Shown piece by piece: positions 26,809 to 33,274 of a DNA stretch of 38,946 nt. The notes beneath the pieces are model-generated. The model was not told the origin of the DNA and ran no database searches. It worked only from the letters and a program-made list of their open reading frames with translations. The stretch comes from a virus. Lineage: Duplodnaviria; Caudoviricetes. The stretch covers positions 1 through 38,946 of IMG/VR virus record IMGVR_UViG_3300032319_000974; one strand, 5' to 3'. A program made the translations under genes and the position numbers. How positions within the stretch are numbered: the first letter of the stretch is position 1; the number at the start of each line of letters is the position of its first letter.

Positions 26809-27648
26809 TCAGGAGAAGAACTTCCTGAAACTTGCTGCAAGTTTGGACAAGAAACTTGATGGCACTTCCGCGGAAGCGTCAATGGCGGGCGTCTCGGAAT
26901 TCATCAGCACGAACCATCGCTTCTTGTAAGGCCTATCGGACAATTCGCCAATCATAGTGCCAGCAAGAATGCGACGCTGAATGGTGAACCGACTGACACC
27001 AAGACGACGGACAGCCTCCTCCATGGCGACCCATTCCTTGCCTTCCGGACAATTGATCGGCTTGCCATCTCCAAGCGTCACCTCGGTTTTTGCATCAGTG
27101 TCGATGACAATCCTCCATTCCGGCCCATTCGGGCCATTGATCTTCCTCCCGCGCAATACTCCGGAATTAATTCTATCTTTAATAATATTAGTACTGTATC
27201 CGTATTGTTGAGAATACTCAAGTACCGATAGTTCAGTAGTATTGATTGATTCAATTTTAGAACTATTACCGTTATGTAGTACAGTATCTGAAGAAATTTT
27301 AATTACGGCTTCCATATCAATAGTTTCCTTGGCAATATCTGATACTAATGAAAAATCTTTTGGACGTACTACTAATCCGCTAATGGAGTAATTGTTTTTA
27401 TTGTGTATGATGGGAATTTGAGAAATCCAATCTTTTTGGTTTTCTCCAATTCTTCCCTTGTCTGTTTTTAACTCCATAAACAGAACATTGTTTGACTTGA
27501 TGACTAACAAATCTGGCGACCCACCAGAACCCTTAGCCGATCTTGTGTGAGTAACCAGCCATCCATTTTCTGAAAACAACCGGACAATGACGGATCGAAA
27601 CTGCTCCTCATTCAAAAACTGAACTGCACTCGCAGTTTGATAACTCAT
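26809..27648 (-). CDS. VRR-NUC-type nuclease fused to two excisionase/MerR-like HTH domains
   Basis: EEQF..GSPDLLVI..FMELKTDKGRIGENQKDW; two repeats LSVLEYSQQYGYSTNIIKDRINSG and VAMEEAVRRLGVSRFTIQRRILAG. Confidence 0.8.
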   Translation of the reverse strand: MSYQTASAVQFLNEEQFRSVIVRLFSENGWLVTHTRSAKGSGGSPDLLVIKSNNVLFMELKTDKGRIGENQKDWISQIPIIHNKNNYSISGLVVRPKDFSLVSDIAKETIDMEAVIKISSDTVLHNGNSSKIESINTTELSVLEYSQQYGYSTNIIKDRINSGVLRGRKINGPNGPEWRIVIDTDAKTEVTLGDGKPINCPEGKEWVAMEEAVRRLGVSRFTIQRRILAGTMIGELSDRPYKKRWFVLMNSETPAIDASAEVPSSFLSKLAASFRKFFS

Positions 27649-27667
27649 CGGGACTCCATTTCATTTT

Positions 27668-28051
27668 TTATCTATAAGTATATTCCGATTCCTTGCTGTC
27701 GGACTCTATCCAAGATTCATGCCATGTCATTCGCGACTGTCGTCGCAGACCAACTGTGCGGACGATAATGAATGCCCCACCTCGCTCATATCCCCAGAAC
27801 ACCCTAAATGTTTCGTCGGGAGTTACCCACACCTGCTCCATCAGCGTGTCAAGATCGTTGGCGTACGAACCGCCATGGAACAAAGAGAAAAAACCTTTTT
27901 CAAACATTTCACGCGCGATTGTGCTGAAATGATTGGGTTCCTCAATAACACGCCTGCCGTTGACAAAACCGGTACGACCAAGTGCGGCATTCCAAGTCAT
28001 GAATTCGGCTGAGCGCTTCAAGCCTCCCGGACGCCATGTGATTACTGACAT
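27668..28051 (-). CDS. Hypothetical protein (127 aa)
   Basis: Fits the minus-strand array; overlaps upstream stop. Confidence 0.6.
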   Translation of the reverse strand: MSVITWRPGGLKRSAEFMTWNAALGRTGFVNGRRVIEEPNHFSTIAREMFEKGFFSLFHGGSYANDLDTLMEQVWVTPDETFRVFWGYERGGAFIIVRTVGLRRQSRMTWHESWIESDSKESEYTYR

Positions 28052-28224
28052 GTCGCAACTGCTCGGGCAAATCTATCATACGCCATGGCGACTAACTTTC
28101 CCAGAGTGTTGTACTCATTCTTCAATGCTTGCTCTGCCTTGGCAGTTAAACTGCCTTTCATTACCTGTCCAATGATTTCCTCGCGGCGTTTTTCTAACCG
28201 GTTGATTTCTTCTGTCACAATCAT
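28042..28224 (-). CDS. Small coiled-coil hypothetical protein (60 aa)
   Basis: ATG 28224 downstream of tRNA-Gly with AGGTG RBS. Confidence 0.55.
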   Translation of the reverse strand: MIVTEEINRLEKRREEIIGQVMKGSLTAKAEQALKNEYNTLGKLVAMAYDRFARAVATCQ

Positions 28225-28237
28225 CGTGGCACCTGCA

Positions 28238-28313
28238 TGGAGCGAAGGACGGGACTCGAACCCGCGACAGTCTGCTTGGAAGGCAGGCACTCTACCAACT
28301 GAGTTACCTTCGC
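28238..28313 (-). tRNA. tRNA-Gly(UCC)
   Basis: GCGAAGG..CTGC-CTTCCAA-GCAG..GGTTCGAGTCC..CCTTCGC-T-CCA. Confidence 0.95.
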
Positions 28314-28327
28314 GTTACGACCAAGTC

Positions 28328-28357
28328 ATCCTAGCAGACGGCTCTTGCGCTCGTCAA
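28328..28357 (-). promoter_or_regulatory. Sigma70-like promoter for the tRNA/small-gene block
   Basis: TTGACG-N18-TAGGAT with extended -10 TG. Confidence 0.6.
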
Positions 28358-28373
28358 GGAATGCTGCTACGAT
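28345..28373 (+). promoter_or_regulatory. Sigma70-like promoter for the recombination module
   Basis: TTGCGC-N17-TACGAT with extended -10 TG. Confidence 0.55.
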
Positions 28374-28401
28374 GGTCGCAAGAAAACGTACTGGAGCCTA
28401 C

Positions 28402-28998
28402 ATGACTAGTCGTCCGTATCAGCAACAGCCCGCTCGGCCAGCCTATGGGGGTCGGGACACCGGACCATCTTACGCACAGGTTCTCGAGGAAATCCGTAAC
28501 GCCGGAATGATTGAAACCACTTCCGAAGTGGTGGTCTCTCCTTCGGCAGAGAACGACAACCTGATCATCATTCGTGCGACCTGCGTGATGCCGTCCTTGC
28601 TTGAGGGACATCCATTGCGTCGTTTCAGCGCCATTGGTGCTGCGTATCCGCGCAAGACCGGCAACGGCATCATCCACGGTGTATCCAACCCGTCCTTTTA
28701 CATGCACGTTGCGGAGAGCAGGGCAAAGAAACGCGCGTGGATGGATGCTCTTGGTCGCGGAGACGGTCTGGAAGAGAACGTTCGGGCTGAAGTGTTTGCC
28801 GAGCGGGCACGCAATCAGACCGTATCTGTCGGACCAGCCTTGCCAGTTCCATCCGCAGTGAGCAATCCGGACGAAATCGTTTCCGAGCAGATTGCAGAAC
28901 GCCTTGTCACTGCCGTAGGCCTGACCATTGAGGATGCGCGGACGAAGACCCGTGGCGAAGCAGCCGAAATGCTGCGTCGCCTTCGGGATGTTCGATAA
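28402..28998 (+). CDS. Putative single-strand annealing protein (Rad52/Erf-like)
   Basis: IIIRATCV..RFSAIGAA..HVAESRAKKRAWMDALG motif; adjacent to exonuclease and SSB. Confidence 0.65.
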   Translation: MTSRPYQQQPARPAYGGRDTGPSYAQVLEEIRNAGMIETTSEVVVSPSAENDNLIIIRATCVMPSLLEGHPLRRFSAIGAAYPRKTGNGIIHGVSNPSFYMHVAESRAKKRAWMDALGRGDGLEENVRAEVFAERARNQTVSVGPALPVPSAVSNPDEIVSEQIAERLVTAVGLTIEDARTKTRGEAAEMLRRLRDVR

Positions 28999-29927
28999 TG
29001 CCTCCCATCATTCCGGGCGAGCCTCGGTACCTCAGCAATTCTCAGGTCGAACTGCTGCTTGAATGTTCGTGGAAACACAAACTCAAGTACATCGACGATA
29101 TTCAGGAACCCGCCAATGATCATCTGATTGTCGGGTCTGCAGTTCACAAGGCGGTCGAGGTGTTTCGGCGGGCACAAATGGAAGGGTATCTTCCTGAGTG
29201 GACTGAAGAGCATCGCAACGACGTGATTCATGCGGAACTGGATATCGAATTCGACAAGTTGGTTCATGACGCAGAGCATGGGTACGAAAAGGACGGAAAA
29301 CTTCTTCCGCCACCGGGCTTGGTGTGGACGAAGGGCGTTCACAAGGAAAATGCCCGGAAACTTGCACACAAGTTGGCCGAAACCTATTTCTACAAGGCTG
29401 CGGAAAGCGACATTCCCGGCACAGCCAAGGTGCCGCTTGCCCAACTTGAGACCCCCGTGGGGATTGAGGAAGAGTTTTACGTCCCCATTCCCGGCACAAA
29501 TAACTGGCATGCGCGTGGGCGGTTCGACATGCGGACGGCAACTTCATTGATTGACCTGAAGACTGCCAAGATGCGATACTCGCAGCGCGACATGGACAAG
29601 AAGACCCAGCCTTCCTTCTATATCTTTTCATGGCGCGAAATGCAGAAGCAGCATCTCGCAGAATTCCGCTATCACTTGCTCATCAAGCCGACGCCATCAT
29701 CTTGGTCCCCGGCGTCGGGAGATGCGCCACCGGAAAGCATGAACGCCTATCGCGCCGCATTGCAATCCACCCGTCGCATGTCCGCAGAGATCGACTGGTT
29801 CGGAGATTACCTTCGTCGCCAGATACATCAGATCGAACTGGGAGCGCAGGTGCCACGACAGAATGCGGATTATTGCGACTACTGTGGCGTCGCCAAGCAT
29901 TGCAAGCCGTGGCTGAAAAACAGGTAG
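28998..29927 (+). CDS. PD-(D/E)XK exonuclease, RecB/AddB/Cas4-like with Fe-S cysteines
   Basis: LSNSQV..C..GSAVHKAVE, GIEEEF, RGRFD..LIDLKT, Q..FY, C-terminal CDYC..C. Confidence 0.88.
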   Translation: MPPIIPGEPRYLSNSQVELLLECSWKHKLKYIDDIQEPANDHLIVGSAVHKAVEVFRRAQMEGYLPEWTEEHRNDVIHAELDIEFDKLVHDAEHGYEKDGKLLPPPGLVWTKGVHKENARKLAHKLAETYFYKAAESDIPGTAKVPLAQLETPVGIEEEFYVPIPGTNNWHARGRFDMRTATSLIDLKTAKMRYSQRDMDKKTQPSFYIFSWREMQKQHLAEFRYHLLIKPTPSSWSPASGDAPPESMNAYRAALQSTRRMSAEIDWFGDYLRRQIHQIELGAQVPRQNADYCDYCGVAKHCKPWLKNR

Positions 29928-29937
29928 TATTCGCCCC

Positions 29938-29966
29938 TTGCGCTTTCTAGGGCAGGGGTGTATAGT
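29938..29966 (+). promoter_or_regulatory. Sigma70-like promoter for ssb
   Basis: TTGCGC-N17-TATAGT; same -35 hexamer as the promoter at 28345. Confidence 0.55.
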
Positions 29967-30024
29967 AATCGGGCGGGGGCGAATTCCCCCGCGATCATGG
30001 GCCTTTAGGGCAAAGGAGATCATC

Positions 30025-30480
30025 ATGGCGGGTTCGGTGAACAAGGTCATGCTTATCGGGAACGTGGGTCGTGACCCGGAAATTAAGGTCAGCAAGAATG
30101 GCGACAGCCTCGCTACATTCTCTCTGGCTACCACGTATTCCTATCGTCCGCAGGGCGGAGAGCGTCAGGATTCGACCGAGTGGCATCGTGTTGTAGCGTG
30201 GCGCAATCTGGCCGAGCAGGCACAGAAGTACGTCACCAAGGGGCGCAAGGTGTTTGTCGAGGGACGTATTCAGTCACGTCCTTATACCGACAAGAATGGC
30301 CTTGAGAAGGTGGCATTCGAGATCGTTGCTACCCAGATCGAGTTCCTTGACTCGCCGCAGAGTGGTCAGCGGGACAATGGCGAAGAGTCACCTCGCACGC
30401 TAGTTGCCAGCGGCGGCCTCCGTGGCGGAAAGAACGGCGCGGATGATCCGTTTGCCGATCTGGACGACATGCCGTTCTAA
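30025..30480 (+). CDS. ssb: Single-stranded DNA-binding protein
   Basis: SVNKVMLIGNVGRDPE, TEWHRVVAW, KGRKVFVEGRI, C-terminal DDMPF; AAGGAG RBS. Confidence 0.97.
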   Translation: MAGSVNKVMLIGNVGRDPEIKVSKNGDSLATFSLATTYSYRPQGGERQDSTEWHRVVAWRNLAEQAQKYVTKGRKVFVEGRIQSRPYTDKNGLEKVAFEIVATQIEFLDSPQSGQRDNGEESPRTLVASGGLRGGKNGADDPFADLDDMPF

Positions 30481-30487
30481 CTGGAAC

Positions 30488-30563
30488 TCACGCTATCGCT
30501 GTCATCTCTTTCCACCTTTTCGCGATGACAGTAATCGGGGTTACTACCCGGTGTTTAGCGTGA
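30488..30563. other. Predicted three-way-junction structured element downstream of ssb
   Basis: TCACGCTA/TAGCGTGA closing stem enclosing CTGTCATC/GATGACAG and ATCGGG/CCCGGT stems. Confidence 0.4.
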
Positions 30564-30588
30564 ATATCGGAGGTCTGAACTCCGATTC

Positions 30589-30628
30589 ACAAGGGGTCCG
30601 CCTTATCAGCGGACCCCTTGTTTTTTTT
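30589..30628 (+). terminator. Rho-independent terminator after ssb
   Basis: ACAAGGGGTCCGC-cttatca-GCGGACCCCTTGT followed by a T tract. Confidence 0.9.
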
Positions 30629-30634
30629 AAAAAC

Positions 30635-30664
30635 TTGACAAATAGAAATATCATGTGATAACTT
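30635..30664 (+). promoter_or_regulatory. Sigma70-like promoter of the head module
   Basis: TTGACA-N18-TAACTT with extended -10 TG and A/T-rich upstream tract. Confidence 0.65.
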
Positions 30665-30681
30665 TAATTTCACACGATACA

Positions 30682-30774
30682 GGCTAAAAGCAATCCGCTT
30701 TAGAGAGCCGCCATCGTTCCTTCCTACAATGTGGAGAGCATTGTGAAGGGGGGAAGATGGCGGCTAATTTTTTT
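30682..30774 (+). promoter_or_regulatory. Structured leader / attenuator-like long hairpin upstream of the prohead protease
   Basis: 60-nt hairpin AGCCGCCATC..ACAATG-tggagag-CATTGT..GATGGCGGCT followed by AATTTTTTT; small upstream hairpin CTAAAAGC/GCTTTAG. Confidence 0.6.
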
Positions 30775-30785
30775 ATGATACTACC

Positions 30786-31736
30786 ATGAGTAACGAACAA
30801 GAACTTCGACAACACAGAAAAACTTTAAACACAGATGGCGTAGACGCAACCTTTGAGGTTCCTCTGAGGTTTGTGAAGTCGTTCATTGGTGAATACGTAA
30901 ATCCTGCCGGGGAAACAAAAAAGGGCAGGATTATCGAGGGTATTGCATCCACAGAAGAAAAGGACCAGCAGGGCGAAATCGTCATGCAGGACAAGATGGA
31001 TTGCTCATACCTGCTTGAAAAGGGATACCTGAACTGGAACCACTCGCATTCACCGGAAGATCAGATTGGCAAGCCTCTTGAAGTGATCAAGATGGAGGGC
31101 GGACCGGAGACGCCGGGTGGGCGTCCTGCCACATTTTTCCGGGCACTGCTGCTTGATGGCATGCCTCGCGCAGAAGCGGTGTGGAACTTGGCTCAGGCAC
31201 TTGAAAATGCACATGGAGTTGGATCGGATCGCGCCTTGGGGTTTTCTGTTGAGGGTGGAGTGCGGCTACGACAAGGGCACCTACTGGTTGAAACGGTTGT
31301 CCGCCATATGGCTGCAACACATGAGCCAGTTAATGCCCAGTCAGTCGCACGATGCGTCATGGCAAAAAGCCAAGGATTCAATGTTCATGAAAGCGTTTTG
31401 ATTGATACACTCGACAGTAATGTCCCTCATTTTATTTTCAAGAGTTTTGGTCATTTGATGAAATCAATGGCTCCTGCTCTTGCAAAGACAGTCGGAACGA
31501 CTGATATGAAGGCAGGACTGAGAGAGTATGTTGATCATAAGGGAAGCCACGCACCAAGCCCCGAAGAAATCATGAAAGAACTCTATGATATGTGTAGACC
31601 GGGTGTTGAGCATCGAACAGGCGATCACTTCAAAAAGGGTCGCCTCGGAGCGCTGGAACATCTTATGTATTGTAGAGGCATGAGTTCTGAGCGGGCGGCT
31701 GATGCGCTGGCAACAGTCATTAAAGCGCTGCGGTAA
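30786..31736 (+). CDS. Prohead (capsid maturation) protease, SPO1/HK97-like serine protease
   Basis: IEGIASTEEKDQQGEIV, GYLNWNH, IGKP, LGFSVEG, AATHEPVN; precedes scaffold and capsid. Confidence 0.92.
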   Translation: MSNEQELRQHRKTLNTDGVDATFEVPLRFVKSFIGEYVNPAGETKKGRIIEGIASTEEKDQQGEIVMQDKMDCSYLLEKGYLNWNHSHSPEDQIGKPLEVIKMEGGPETPGGRPATFFRALLLDGMPRAEAVWNLAQALENAHGVGSDRALGFSVEGGVRLRQGHLLVETVVRHMAATHEPVNAQSVARCVMAKSQGFNVHESVLIDTLDSNVPHFIFKSFGHLMKSMAPALAKTVGTTDMKAGLREYVDHKGSHAPSPEEIMKELYDMCRPGVEHRTGDHFKKGRLGALEHLMYCRGMSSERAADALATVIKALR

Positions 31737-31751
31737 CGCAAGGAGGAATCA

Positions 31752-33242
31752 ATGGCAGTTGCAGATCGCGAAATGGCAGACGCTCGTCGGCGTCTGAGCA
31801 AGAACTTGGCGGAACCTTCCATCACGGACGCGTTGAGCGTTCTTGACAAGGCCGTCACCGGGCTGATCGACCTTGCAAAGGGTCGCGACGCTGCGGAGGG
31901 CGCGTCCGGAAAGAGGATCGACTCTCCGTTCGGCAAGAACAAGAAGAATCCGTATGGCCTGAATGACTATGATCTTCGTCCCGGCAGTGTTGGGGAGAAG
32001 TTGATTAGTGCCAAGGGACAGGAATCGTCGCAGAAGACCTCCAAGAAGGTGGTCAATGATGAAGACGATGAGTATGATCCCGGCAATGCCGCAGCGGCCA
32101 TGGGTTTCAGCATGAAGAAGGGCGGTTACGACGAAGACCTTCAGGCAGGCTGGGACGACATGGGCAAAGCGGAAGACGACGAGGACGAGGGCGACGAGGA
32201 CGACGACGAGGACGAGGAAGACAACGCCCACGAGCGTCGCGAGAGCCGTGCCCAAGAGCGTCGTGAGCATGACGATGACGATGACGAGGACGACGACGAG
32301 GAAGACGACGACGACGAGGAAGACGAGTCCAAGGGCTGGGACGAAGACGACGACGACGACGAGGAAGACGAGTCCAAGGGCTGGGACGAGGACGACGACG
32401 ACGACGAGGAAGACGAGTCCAAGGGCTGGGACGACATGGACAAGGCCGACGAGGAAGATGACGACGAGGAAGATGACGACGGCGAAGGTGACGACGTAGC
32501 GGCTCGAATGGCTCGTCTGCGTGCCATGCAAGGCAAGAAGAAGCCAGCCAAGGATGACGACGAGGACGACGACGAGGAGCCAATGGCCGAATCCATGTAT
32601 CGCTCCTATTCGGTTAATGACATTCACAAGGCACTTGTTGCTGGACCGAATGGCGCTCGTGTAGCCGAAGTGGTTGAAGCCTCACGTGAACTTGCTCACA
32701 TGGTTAATGTGTTCAGCAAGGCGTTTGGGCATCTTTCCGGACAGGTTGATCAAATTCGTCGCGATCAGCGCAACGCAACCACCATTCTGGCGGATGCAGT
32801 GAACACGGTTGTCAAGAGCCAGTCGGCAATTGCCGTTGGTCTCGAGCGGATGGCCAAGTCCACGGCGGTCCTTGCCAAGAGCGGCGGGACGACGGGGCTT
32901 TCGAAGTCCCTTTCCAAGAGTGGCATCAATCGCCCGCAAAATCCGGGTGTAGTGATGAATGGCAAGGTAATGGCGGAGGGTGCAGCCCTTCGGCGCTCAA
33001 ACGCCATGATTGACGAATCGGGCAGCGTGGTTGTTCCCAACAATCAGTTGGAGACACGTCTCACAAAGTCCGTCGTAGGTGGAGTGATCCAGCAGGCAGT
33101 TCTTGACGGAGAGTTCTCGGCCAAGGATGCGCTACGTTGGTTGACCGAAACCGACAGCCCCGCGAGCGGCCCGGTCGCAGTGTACCGGCAACTGCCCGCC
33201 AAACTCCAAGATCGTATTGCCCGCAAGGCGGACGAAGAGTAA
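31752..33242 (+). CDS. Capsid scaffolding protein with a long Asp/Glu tract
   Basis: Lies between protease and MCP; coiled-coil; many xxKS/KA sites; AAGGAGG RBS. Confidence 0.8.
   Translation: MAVADREMADARRRLSKNLAEPSITDALSVLDKAVTGLIDLAKGRDAAEGASGKRIDSPFGKNKKNPYGLNDYDLRPGSVGEKLISAKGQESSQKTSKKVVNDEDDEYDPGNAAAAMGFSMKKGGYDEDLQAGWDDMGKAEDDEDEGDEDDDEDEEDNAHERRESRAQERREHDDDDDEDDDEEDDDDEEDESKGWDEDDDDDEEDESKGWDEDDDDDEEDESKGWDDMDKADEEDDDEEDDDGEGDDVAARMARLRAMQGKKKPAKDDDEDDDEEPMAESMYRSYSVNDIHKALVAGPNGARVAEVVEASRELAHMVNVFSKAFGHLSGQVDQIRRDQRNATTILADAVNTVVKSQSAIAVGLERMAKSTAVLAKSGGTTGLSKSLSKSGINRPQNPGVVMNGKVMAEGAALRRSNAMIDESGSVVVPNNQLETRLTKSVVGGVIQQAVLDGEFSAKDALRWLTETDSPASGPVAVYRQLPAKLQDRIARKADEE
32313..32432 (+). 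repeat. Three copies of a 45-nt unit (DEEDESKGWDEDDDD) inside a GAC/GAG-rich tract
   Basis: gacgaggaagacgagtccaagggctgggac at 32313, 32358 and 32403. Confidence 0.92.
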
Positions 33243-33274
33243 GCACTGACTGAGAAAGCAGGAGGAGAAAACAA

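Noticed and set aside
28998-29927. Cas4-like nuclease as a sign of CRISPR-Cas
   Set aside because: No other cas genes or array; its position between SSAP and SSB indicates a recombination exonuclease.
29930-29997. Hairpins around the ssb promoter as an Frpo-like single-stranded promoter
   Set aside because: The stem does not rebuild duplex -35 and -10 boxes; an ordinary double-stranded promoter explains the sequence.
32313-32432. Regularly spaced direct repeats resembling a CRISPR array
   Set aside because: The 45-nt units are in-frame coding repeats with near-identical intervening sequence, not unique spacers.
31749-32627. Poly-Ser, poly-Val, poly-Arg and poly-Thr ORFs in other frames
   Set aside because: Shadow frames of the GAC/GAG-rich scaffold tract.
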